Shown here: one piece after another, positions 48,824-60,130 of the stretch | How positions within the stretch are numbered: the stretch's first letter is position 1 | How the letters are laid out: every line of letters begins with the position of its first letter | Origin: Elsinoe ampelina | Lineage: Eukaryota | NCBI GenBank assembly: GCA_010093995.1 | Contig: ML992509.1 | Coordinates: 165,588 to 229,587 of the forward strand | Reading direction: 5' to 3' | DNA length: 64,000 nucleotides | Made by a program: the position numbers and the translations under genes | The notes under the pieces: generated by a model | Told to the model about the DNA's origin: nothing | What the model saw: the letters and a program-made list of their open reading frames with translations, nothing else | Databases searched by the model: none

Positions 48824-50086
48824 ATGAGAGAGGATCGGCTACCCCTTCACCGGCAACAGGAGGCATCGACGACACTGCGAAGAAGCCTTCCTCTTCTGCA
48901 CATCCGACCTTCTCGTCTTCTCGTTCTCTTGATCAGTCTTCTTTCGTTGTATCTGCTCTTGTTCCACAATGGGAACGCGGCTGATCAGCAGCCTGGAAAA
49001 GCGCCGATCAATGCAGCTCAACATGATCGACTGATCGCTCCAGGAACCGCAATCCACCATGAGCCTGCCGTACAACCGAAGGTTATCAATGGAGTTGACT
49101 ATTCACGCTTTGCCTACATCCAGTACGCGACTTCGACGCACTATCTTTGCAATGCTGTCCTAATGTTTGAGGCTCTCCATCGGTACAACTCATCCGCATC
49201 TAGATTGCTGCTCTACAGCGATGAATGGGACCCGAGGATCACACCATACATGCACAAGTCTGTGTTCAGCTGGTTGTTTTGGTCACCACCACCCGTCCCA
49301 GCTGGTCTGGTTGGCGACAGCTATGAGCGTCGAATGCTTCTGCACGCTCGAGACCAGTACAATGTGATCCTCAAGCCGGTCTCTGTTCTTCGTCGGTCAG
49401 GAGAGTGGACATGGGCAGCATCGTTCACCAAGCTGCTAGCTTTCAATCAAACTCAATTCGCTCGAGTGATCAGCCTCGACTCGGACGCCACGCTTCTCCA
49501 GCATGTAGACGAGCTGTTCCTCAGACCTCCGGCCGGTGTCGTTGCACCGAAGGCTTACTGGCTGGAAGATCAGCAGGTATTGAGCAGCCAGGTCATGCTC
49601 ATCGAACCGAGCCAAAATAAATGGGACCGAATAATGACCCGAATCGACAAGCGAAAGGATGAGGAATTTGACATGGAGATTGTAAATGCTGTGTTTGGCA
49701 AAGAAGCCGCTATTCTAGAGCACAGGGGCTATGATCTTCTGAGCGGCGAGTTTCGGAAGCAGAATCACGCCGCATATCTGGCCGGGAGCTCCTCGAGCAA
49801 AGAGCCGTGGGATGCTGAGAAGATCTTGAAGGAGGCAAAGTACATTCACTTTTCTGATTGGCCACTCAAGAAGCCTTGGTTTTACCAAGGTGAAGCAAAG
49901 GACAAGTTTCGGGAATATCAGCCCAATTGCACGGAATTGGCGGAAGGTGGACGGGACTGCGACAACAGGGATGTGTGGCTATCGTTGTATGAGAATTTTC
50001 TGGACAGACGGATGGTGTGTTTGCATCCTCGCGTCGCACGACCACAGCTGACCTGCGAACAGAAAATCTGCGACAAGCTGCGATGA
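48824..50086 (+). CDS. GT8 glycosyltransferase, GNT1-like type II membrane protein (probable in-frame intron 50015..50062)
   Basis: N-terminal TM, FAYIQYATSTHYLCNAVLMFEAL, SFTKLLAFNQTQF, DxD motif LDSD, YIHFSDWPLKKPW. Confidence 0.85.
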   Translation: MREDRLPLHRQQEASTTLRRSLPLLHIRPSRLLVLLISLLSLYLLLFHNGNAADQQPGKAPINAAQHDRLIAPGTAIHHEPAVQPKVINGVDYSRFAYIQYATSTHYLCNAVLMFEALHRYNSSASRLLLYSDEWDPRITPYMHKSVFSWLFWSPPPVPAGLVGDSYERRMLLHARDQYNVILKPVSVLRRSGEWTWAASFTKLLAFNQTQFARVISLDSDATLLQHVDELFLRPPAGVVAPKAYWLEDQQVLSSQVMLIEPSQNKWDRIMTRIDKRKDEEFDMEIVNAVFGKEAAILEHRGYDLLSGEFRKQNHAAYLAGSSSSKEPWDAEKILKEAKYIHFSDWPLKKPWFYQGEAKDKFREYQPNCTELAEGGRDCDNRDVWLSLYENFLDRRMVCLHPRVARPQLTCEQKICDKLR

Positions 50087-50744
50087 GCTCCATCGAGTTG
50101 GATGCAGGGACTTGCCATGCTGTTCCCACAGCGTTTTCACGTGGCAAGCGTGACCGGCAGGATGGATCAACAGACTATCAGATCTGCTACATCTCATCCT
50201 TCTCGAAGACGCACCCCAGATGATCACCGCTGTCAGAAATCGATGGCATGATTAGCATGGAGTTCCATGCAAGGGCAATGGGATCATCGAGGTGGTTCTG
50301 ACGCAGGGAGATTACACCGAGCCTTATGATTGTACTACACACGGCTCAAATATCATTTCGCAACGGTCACTTCGTTGTCGAGAAGATGATAGCATGAGCT
50401 CACCGCCTCGGTTAATACTGAATGTCACCACATCAACACCAAGCGGCCCCGACTCCTCACTCTCCCTCAAATCATAGTCGAACAAAGACTTTCATCTCAT
50501 GATCATGCTTCACAATTCGCTCCATGCTGTTTGGACAAACCACGACCTCCCCCATACCACCACATCCCCAGTTGCAATAACAGGCAAAAAAGCCCAGACC
50601 ACGTTCCATCCCAGCGTCACATCCTCCCCTCCCGCCCATTCGGCATCCGGCCCATCCCACTGCCACAAGTCCATTCGACTTCTCCTCTTCAAGTAAAACG
50701 CAGATCCCTCCCGCATCCGTCCCTTCCATCCCATCATCCCAGTC

Positions 50745-50745
<1 letters not shown>

Positions 50746-50800
<55 letters not shown>
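50746..50800. repeat. Poly(C) homopolymer, ~55 nt
   Basis: Uninterrupted C run in the sequence. Confidence 0.95.
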
Positions 50801-50803
<3 letters not shown>

Positions 50804-51975
50804 TCAGCACCTCATTGGCCGTCCCCTCCCCCCGTGCCCTTCGCACAGATACAAGACCCACTCTCCCGCCCCGTGACCCAATCAAATCATCCAGTGACCC
50901 GACCACGACGCAAGGGCCAAAAAGCCAAGCTACCCTGTGTGCCGATCTACCGCCCTGCCCCACGCCACGCCGACCCCATCAAGGTCCGGGAAAGCCAGAA
51001 GGGACGGACGCGCTAGGACGTCAGGGCTGGGAAAGCCTCGAGTTGGGACTGGCTCAGCTTTTCCTCTGGTCACTTGAGCGAGCCCGAGGGGCCCACACGC
51101 TGCACGATGCTGGGACAGAAGAAAAAAAAGATGGAGCGGGGAGAGAAGGGCCAATGCCGGCGCAGGGACCACGGATCTCTCTGGCGTTGTGGGAGGTGTG
51201 GGTGGGTACCTATGGGTAAGCCACATACGTCATTCAGCCTGGGGAGATGGGAATTTCTGTGCGAGGGATGGGGATGAGGTGATGGGGGTGCAGGAGGAGA
51301 GGTCACGAAGGCGTCACTGCTGGGAAGTGGTGTGGACATTGAGAGGGGAGGGGAGTATGGGACATGGGAAGATACAACGGGTACGTGATGATGAAGCAGG
51401 TACATTTCGTTCTTATCTGAAGTACATTTGCTCATGATAGATGAGACCCTGTTCATTCTTCTCGGCGGCGTGCCTCATGGCGTGGCATGTTTGCCCCTTT
51501 GATAGCACCACCGCCTGTGATACAGCGGCCGTGAGAAATGGTCATGCTGGCAGCCTGTTTTCCTGCCCGATGCTAATGTGCACCTTGCCTTTGCTACTGT
51601 GGTTCCAATTTCATCAAGCTCTGAACGCCGACGCGGCAAATTCGAGAAGCGTAGTGAGAAACAATATCCGTTCGTCCTTCTGGGGGTATCAATCCGAGTA
51701 GCGACCGAATGTGAATGGAGCGTCCAACCATCCCAAGCCGGAGGGCGGGATGGTATCAGTAAATGTTACAATATCGTACAAGCGCTTGAGGGCAAGCGTC
51801 GATTAATCTTAGAGCGAGTGAATTACTGAAGGTGGACTTTTTGGATAGATCCGTCGCAATGCCTTGCGTCCTGAGCAGTAGGTGAGAGATGAAGAAAATC
51901 GTCAACGGGCCGGCCGCGGTGTGTTTCATGCTGATGAAGATCGTCGCGCAGATCTGTACACGTGCGCGTCTGCAT

Positions 51976-53173
51976 CTAATCGTCGTCTGGAGATGGGTGA
52001 TCAGACTCGCCCTTGTGAACCTTCTTGTGACGGCGCAAGTTGGAGACGACCGAGAAATGACGGCCACAGCCTTCAACGTCGCAGGCAAATGCTAGGAGAT
52101 GTTAGTCGAGGAGCAGGGATGTTCCAATCATTGTACTTACGCTTCTCTCCGGTGTGACTGTACATATGTGTCTGCAACGAGCTTGGGCGCGTGAAACGCT
52201 TGTCGCAAATCTTGCACTTGTGCTTCTTCTGCGAGGACGAGGAAACCTTTGAGCTGAACTGGCCCATCATTTGCGACTGGTTGGGGGGCAGAGCACCTCC
52301 AACCAGGCTGGTCGGACGGGGAAGAGTACGTGATGGAATGTCGACGGACTCGCTAGCAGAGCTGTAGTCGCCGTACGACGACTCGCTGACGGAGCTGCCG
52401 TAGTAGGTCGGGTGCGTGCTGGCCGAGGAAATGGAAGAGTGGGATGAGTGCGCAGATGGAAACCCGTAGGAATCGGTTGAGCTGCGGGCGGACCCCTGAG
52501 TGCAATAGATGTTTCTCGGCGTGATATCCTGGCTCATAGCAACCATACCCCTGCTCGCGTCCAATGCATCACTGAAACTGTTGCGTTCTGCTTCTGATGC
52601 AGCGTGCAATCTGTTCTCCATGTCAATAAGTGAACTTTGGCGATAGCGCGATGCCTCGACTGGTTGGCCGAGGAACATGTTGGAAGCTACTGACGGATGC
52701 GATGAGCGTCGGTCTTGGAAGCTGGGATATGGCGACAGCTTCTGCTGAGAGTGTGCTGAAGTGGCATAGTCACTGCCAGCGTACGAACCAGTCGTAGCTG
52801 GAGTGTAGCCACCGGCTGAAGAGGACGTGGCGGACGATGGATAGTCAGCGCCATACGGTCTTGTACCGTAGCCTTGCAATTGTGAGTCCTGTCCGAGGAA
52901 TAGACCTGGGTCCAAATTCTGCGCACCTGTTGGGACATTGAGAGCTGGGAGGGTGCCAGCTGGGTATGACATTGCGCCTGTGGTCGCAGGGTGTGTCATT
53001 GGCGTGGAGTGATGAGCTGGCGGTGGTCCTTGAGCCATCGAGGTCGCGTACATCTGACCTGATGGGGCGCCAGACGCCGACACCCAGGGGTTTGTGAACT
53101 GCGGCGCCTGGTACCTCATGTGCTCGTAGGGAAGACCGCTCATCTGCTGGCGTGTGTCGACTGCCATTGCCAT
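51976..53173 (-). CDS. flbC: C2H2 zinc-finger transcription factor FlbC/Fle1 (intron 52092..52140; ~382 aa)
   Basis: KKHKCKICDKRFTRPSSLQTHMYSHTGEK|PFACDVEGCGRHFSVVSNLRRHKKVHKG; FSDALDASRGMVAMSQDITPRNIY. Confidence 0.88.
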
Positions 53174-56100
53174 TGCGGTATGATATAAGGAGTAATGATG
53201 TGGTGTTGGACTCTCAATGGATCATTGACGTGAGGTTGCTGAGGTCCAGTTGGTAGCAGATCAACAACAAGGTGAAACGTGGAGAGCAGGCGATCAAGTG
53301 GTGAGAGATGTGCGGGATCAGCGTGCTTAAGATCTATGCTGTCCGGGGGCCAAGTGCGTTCAGGGAAGGCTTGGCCGATAAAGGCACGTTACTCGCAGGG
53401 TAGGTGTTGTGGGGTTGTTGTGATTGGTCGTCCGGAAGTGCGTTCCAGTGAAATCTCGGGCAAGATTGACAGTGTCAGGCAGGAGTGCGGACGTGCTGTC
53501 GAATTGGGTGGTTGAAGTGGCAGACAAGCTCAGACCGGAGTCAAGTCAGTGCCAGGATGTCGAACGGGTTTTTGGGCTCTGTAAAGACCTTCTGGGAAGG
53601 GATATGTTGGACGTGGCAAAGGTGTCGTGAAACAATGCCGATCGCAGGGCCAGTCGTCGTTTCAGGTGACCGGCAAGTGGATTAAGTGTTCTGTTGAAAA
53701 AGAAGGGATCTTCAAAATGCAGATCTTGGGCGGGGACAGGGCATGTAAATATGCGAGGATGGGCGTGAGGGCGAACGGTGATTTGAGAGATGATGCTGTG
53801 GTGCTTGCTCCCAAAGTCTGTGCGGATGTTGGAGTGCCGCCCGGTGACGTAGTGGCGCGCTAGGCGCAAACAGGCAAGAGTGAGAATTGGATTGGATGCA
53901 GGGTTGAGCAGAGACGGCCTAAACTGTCTAGTGGCGAGCTAAGCTGGACCCTTGCCCGCAGAAACGTTCGCTCGCCCGTCAGCCACCCACGTCGCTAATC
54001 TCGTCTCAGAATCATTCCCTTCGAAGAGAAGGAGAGGGGGTGGTGGCCGGGCTGCCGCTCGGCCAGTGACAGCGCCGGATTCCCACCAGCCGCCGCCAGC
54101 GTGATGGTACCACAAGGCCATGTCTCGTCTCTGCCACCGCAAGAACACAGGTCGATTACGTCTTTGCTCCATCAGTCGGTCGTTTGTTTTTGCCAGCAGC
54201 AGCGACGTTGAACCCTGACCCCCGCTCCTGAGCCTGAACCTGAACTTGCACCTGAACCTGATCAGAACAGAAAAGATGCCTTGCGTTTTGCAATCTCTGG
54301 ACTGCTATCCATTGCTTGGCCGTGGCCGCTCAAAGATACGACGTCCGGGAAACACTTTTTAGCCTGAGTCGTGGGCTTGTGGAACCACCGGACGCCCTTC
54401 CACACGGTAGCTTTATTTCCGGTGGATTGCATGTCGTCATTGCTCTCGTGGTCCTCGTGCTTCGGGCTAATCCTCGTGCGCTACACCAAGAAGCTGAAAT
54501 TGCAGGCATGCATCGTGTCGACGCGAACATGAGTTGTCACATCCTCCTGTCGCTCCGGACATGCCTACCGAAACGTATCTCACTCGCATTGCTGATCATC
54601 TTGGGGAAGACACGCAGTCGCACGCAAGACCCTGACCCAGACCGAAAATTAATCACTGGGCGCCACGTCGTCTCCTGCAAGGCAGCTGTCTGCATGGAAT
54701 GGTCTTTGAATTTTCTGGTGGCACGACAGAATGTTTCTGCAACATTGTGGTGGCGAGTGATAGGATGGCGCTCTTTGACTGGTTGGCGCAAAGTGACCAG
54801 GATTGCTCGGCACCACTGCATCGCCCCAACGCTCGAGCAAGACATATGCACACAGTACAACCTTTGGCAGGGAAACGTTGTGAATTTTGGTTCGGCGCAA
54901 ACAAGCCCGTTGCCTTCCCAAGATAGCAAACCTGGCGGCCCGTTTTGAGTGGCGTTTTTCCCAAGCTCTCTGGCTTGTTCTTGCATGTCCAGCACCGGCG
55001 GGGAAGAGATGAGAACGACGGCACGGTCTTTCTCGGCGCCATATAGCGCAGAGAACCGGGTGCAAGTCCATCATGTCCATGACTGGTGTGATAAGACATT
55101 TCAACACAAGCGTTACATTCGGCTGCTCGACCGTCGGGTATCTTGCTACTGCTCCACTCTGTGTTTGTGCCCTGATTTAGCCGGCGTCTACAAGCAAATT
55201 GCAGTCAGTCGTCGGTTCCTTCCAGCGCGCTTGTTGTTCTTCTTGACCACGGCCGGGGAGCCCTGGGCCTGTTCGCCTCCCGCGCCCGCAGACCGCTGGC
55301 TGGCGGTGAGTAATCATCAGTCGTAGCAGCATTGACTTTCACCTTACCCGCAGGATTATCCTCGGCTTGCAGGACCAAATTTACGCTTAAACAGCCACCC
55401 AGTCTTCACCATACATGTCAGTGGAGCATGAACAATACGCTATTTCACCCACCGCATTATTGCCCTACTTACTCCTCGCTTGTCCTCGGGTGGCGTCACT
55501 CAATCGCTCAACTGTCGCCGCCACTGGCCGGTATACGGTTCATCGTTTAACAGACTTCCAGCATTCATGAACTGTCGCCAACGTCTGATTGTGGTATGAC
55601 TCGGAAAGCTTTTGCATCTTTCCCGATGCGTCTGTCACGAGATGATGGCCAAGACATGGCAAGTATAGCTCGAAACACGAGACAAGTGACCATTGATGGT
55701 ATCTTGTAAGACAAGTTTAAATCTTCACGACACAAATAGAGCTTCGAAAGGGACTCTGCCAGAGCATGACATCTGCGAACGATGTGCATTGGAGCAGCAG
55801 TGCGAGCATCTGCTCTAGTAGTCGACACGGCATCTCCTCGAATGGCATGGACGCAAACCAGTACCTGGAGCCAGCATACCGTACACACAGTCAATTTACA
55901 TCACAACGACACCCATCAAACCCGGGCTGCAGCTAAGCACCGATACAGCATCTATTACTGCAAACCTTCTCTCAACTCCTGCAAGCAAGCACGCAATTTC
56001 CCCCAAGGCCATGCCCAATCCGACCATTGCGCACCCACGGAGTATCCACCTCTCCGAATCCATCCTCCTCGACATCCACCACCCTCCCAAATTCGGCCAT

Positions 56101-57512
56101 CATCCAAACCCTAGCCGACTCCCGGATCCTCGCACATCCGAAAGCAGTCCTACCACAGGACGATCAGAGCGGGGGGCGTCCATAACGGTTTTCTGAAGCA
56201 CAACGGCCTGGAGCTTGTCATCCTCCTTCTCCAGTCTCCTCTCCAGCGAACGTTTGTCGCTGCAAGCCACTTCGAGCATCCGGTCACTGGCGCAAAAAAA
56301 CGTCCTCATTCCCGCGCACCCGATTAGGTTATAGCATGATTCGTCCGAGTGTTTGCCCCGGCGCTTGGGACAGACAAGTGGTATTGCCTGGTTGGGTTGC
56401 ATCAACGGCGGACGGAGTAGGATTGGGTATACTCCCTCCACTGGGGAAGTTATTGCTCGTCTCTGGGGTACTTGCCTCGGCTGGTGAAGTTGTGATTGTG
56501 CTGCCTGCTCGGCATCAAGCTTGGCCGGGAGACAGCAGTGGTCCAACGATGCTGCATGCCCCCTATGTACGAGCTGACCCTGCATCCAAACACCCCTACA
56601 GTAGACCTGGAACTAGACCTTGCACCTAGACCTGAGGAACACGACGGCTGACTGCGTACTCACCAAAGACTCCCGATTGTCAAGTGTGGTCAGCACTACG
56701 GCATGCTGGGTCAAGAGACGTTCTTCACATGCCGCCGTTGCATTGACCCTGGCTGTCTCATGCCATCGCCATTTCGTCAGATGGGTAGGAGAGCTCTCCT
56801 CGTGATTCACACCCGGCATCATGAACGGTGCCGCTACGCAACGTCGTGGTGGCGACGAAGTAGGCGTGATCTCGCTCGATGATGGGAAAGTAGGTATTGA
56901 CTGAGACGTCGATTGTTGAACGTCAGGACATCTCTGGTGGAGGTCGATGAGATCGGCGGCTGATGTGCACGTGATGTGCACTCATCTCAATTCCTACAAG
57001 ACCTCACATGTTGGACCGCGCTGGTGCGTCCATCAGTGGCTCTGGCTTATCCACAATCGCCTTATGCATGGTCAAGCAGCGCATCAAGTGACTATCGCTA
57101 CTGAACCCTCGCACTGGTCACCACTAGCCCGACCGCTCACTCTAACCTTCACCTTCATGACCACACAACAATAGGAATGTCCAGTAAACGTAGGCAAAGC
57201 ACAATCATGCCGCCTCCCCATTCGAGAAGTGAATTTTCAAAAAAGACCACAAATCACCTAAGTATACAACGACGAAGTGAACCCGTCCTATCCCCTCTGT
57301 CCTTCTAATCTTTTCCTCCCCTCACCCCTTCCACTCATCAGCCCTTTCAATCCACACTTTCTCTAGCCCCCTTCTCATCCACCCTCATGCCCCCCTGGCC
57401 GCCCTTCCGCTTCTCTCCCTACTCCTCGCCCTCTCTGTCCAATCTCTTCTCTCCCTCCCCCCCTCCCCTCCTCCCCTCCACCCCTCCCCTTCCTGCCCTC
57501 CCCAGTTGACAT

Positions 57513-58754
57513 CTAAAGATTCAACTTCCCACTAGCGAGCAACTCCTGCAACCAAGCCAATATCTGATCCACCGACGCCCCCAAGAGAGGGTTCACGGGC
57601 TTCTCTGGCGCCGGTGCCGGTGCCGGTGCCGGTGCAGGGGCAGGTTCTGGGGCAGGTTCTGGGGCAGGTTCTGGGCTCGGCTGCGGCGCTGGCTCTGGCT
57701 CTGGCTCTGGAGAAGGGTAAGAAGATGGCTCCGCTGGTCGGACGATGACTGTTGTTGTTGTTGTCCCTGCTGGCGGGGCGGGGGCGGGGGCTTCGACGGA
57801 GGTGGTTGGGGCTGGAGGAGGAGGAGATGGTGGAGGCGGGGCGGAGGATGTAGTTGGAGCCGGGGGTGGTGGTGGTGGAGGCGGGGTGGAGGATGTAGTC
57901 GGTGCGGGCGGGGGAGGAGCAGGCGTCGATGACGCGGGAGGCGGCGCCGGTGCGGACGAGGCGGGCGGGGCAGGTGCCGCGGATGACGCGGGCGGTGGGG
58001 GAGCTGCGCCAAAGATCAATTCTGCTGGAATGGCGGGTCCCGGGGGCTTGTAGTTGGTCGGCTTGGGGTAGTATACGTTGACCAAGACGCCGGGCTCATC
58101 GACCTTGTAGATCTGCGTGGCGGGTACACCAGACGGGTTGGCGGTGCCAGAGCCGGATACTGCGAGGTTCACGCAGGTAGGGTAGAATTGGGCGCCGTTG
58201 GGGTCGCGGGCGAAGTGTAGCGCGATGATCTCGGTGCGGAGGATGTAGTTGCCCGCTTGCAGGTTGGAGGGGAGGGTGATGTCGCGCATGCCGCCGGCGA
58301 CGCCGAGGCGGCCGGTGGACCAGTAGAGGTTCTTGGAGGTGACGTTGGGGTTGGGGAGGAGGCCTTCCTCGGAGATCTTGAAAAAGGACAGAGTGTTGAG
58401 GTCGGCTTCGGAGCAGTTGCCTGGGCAGCGGGCCATGTAGTTCATGTACACGCCTTCCGGGTGGTTGTAGCCGATGCCCCAGCCGGCGGTGAGGGTGGCG
58501 CCGGCGTCGACGGGAATGGATTGAGTGGCGGCTTGGGCGTTGATGTGGCATGCAATGTCGATGGAGGAGGTGATGTTGACAAAGCCAAAGTTGCCATTGT
58601 CGGCCTTCCAGTTGACGCTAGCACGGGGACGAGTGGTGTAGGGGTTGGCGGCCTGGTATAGCTGGCCATTGGCGGTGATGTTGGTCATGCGCCAATGAGC
58701 AGAGGCAAAAGGGACGAGCGCTGCCAACGCAGCGAGCGCTTGAGTTGCGTGCAT
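57513..58754 (-). CDS. AA9 lytic polysaccharide monooxygenase with Pro-rich tail
   Basis: Signal peptide ending ASA then His1; DIACH, YMARCPGNC, FFKISEEG, GNYILRTEIIALH, GAQFYPTC. Confidence 0.92.
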   Translation of the reverse strand: MHATQALAALAALVPFASAHWRMTNITANGQLYQAANPYTTRPRASVNWKADNGNFGFVNITSSIDIACHINAQAATQSIPVDAGATLTAGWGIGYNHPEGVYMNYMARCPGNCSEADLNTLSFFKISEEGLLPNPNVTSKNLYWSTGRLGVAGGMRDITLPSNLQAGNYILRTEIIALHFARDPNGAQFYPTCVNLAVSGSGTANPSGVPATQIYKVDEPGVLVNVYYPKPTNYKPPGPAIPAELIFGAAPPPPASSAAPAPPASSAPAPPPASSTPAPPPPAPTTSSTPPPPPPPPAPTTSSAPPPPSPPPPAPTTSVEAPAPAPPAGTTTTTVIVRPAEPSSYPSPEPEPEPAPQPSPEPAPEPAPEPAPAPAPAPAPAPEKPVNPLLGASVDQILAWLQELLASGKLNL

Positions 58755-60130
58755 ATCGAAAGATGCGGTGTCGGACCTGGTATATATCTGTGTCTGTCGT
58801 GGGTAAGGAGTGTATCTTCAGAATCAATCTGGAAAAGGAATGGAAGACTGTTCAACAGTCACTGAAAGGAACGAATGACAATGACAGCAGGAAAAGAATG
58901 CACCGCGTGTAAGGAAGAAGAGGAGGAAATCTGCACCTGCTACAATGCCCAAGACTTATACAGATCCCTGACGGCGGACATCCTCCGCGCACTTAGGATA
59001 CTGTTTCGCAGAGACGAGCAGTTGAGGGGGAGCGGCAAACGCTTGGTCGGATAGAAGCACAGAAGAACAAGCCACAAACTGTGTATCTCATACATGTTCG
59101 GAGCCGTGTGTTGTTGGGATGCATGACGGATCTGCAGGATGGTAGAGTTCGGTAATGAGGCAGGAACGGTTGTTGCTTTGTCCAGACTGTGACGGCGTCA
59201 TTCGAAACCCACAGTTTGACTTAGCGCCTGCTGACTGTGCTGGTCAGTGGAGTCGGTGTCTGAGTAATGGTGTCCTGTGAGCCCTAGATTCGAGATTGCG
59301 ATGTTGGTAGATGCAGTACATGCTCATCTGGTTTAGGTGCAGCCGGTCCGCTGAGCAGCATCGCCTTTGCTGTGGACGGACGCATACTGCCCACCAACTG
59401 CTCAAGTTGTGAAGACCTTCCTGGCATACTCGACTTGTCTGTCACGACCTGTCAAGAAGCAGCCACAAAGACTGTCCACCATACATACCAAGACCATGTG
59501 CAAATGCCAGGGGGCACTGGGTACAGTTTCAGGTTACCGCCAACACGATGGTGATATTATTCCGCTGGCATCGATGGCTGAACGCCAAGATCTCCACGCA
59601 TCGTCCATGAACCCATCGATCCTCCCCGGTGCTGACTCGATGTCGTGCATTGTGGCGGTCTGGAGCCATGCTGGAAGGGCAGGTGGGAAGAGAGAGGAGC
59701 GGTCGAGGTGAGATTGAGATGAGATTTCAGGCCCCGAATGCGGCTCTGGCCTGTGTCGACCCCGCTTGTTCACACACTCAAGTCACCCCCTGACCAATCT
59801 GCAATGTTGGCAGATATTAGTAAGGAAACACATGGTGAGGTAGGAATATGCCATTTCATGACTGCTCCGTCTAATCTCGATACTGTCGTCCTTTTCATCA
59901 TTTTTTTTGATGACCTGCCGTTCCGTGATGCATGCATCCAAGGCCGTCGATCCCAACAACTCCACCTCATCAAGGGCTACTAGTACAAGTCCCCCATGCC
60001 ATGCATGTTGTATTCCCGGTCCTTTCCAATGCATAACGAGAACGACGCTCTAACAAACGCTACCGTACCCAAGATGCGAATGGCCTAAAAGCCAATATGT
60101 GCAGAGAACGCCTCCCCGTCACTCCTCATA

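Noticed and set aside
50472..51456. Poly-Pro/poly-Gly ORFs
   Set aside because: Artefacts of the poly(C) tract and skewed composition
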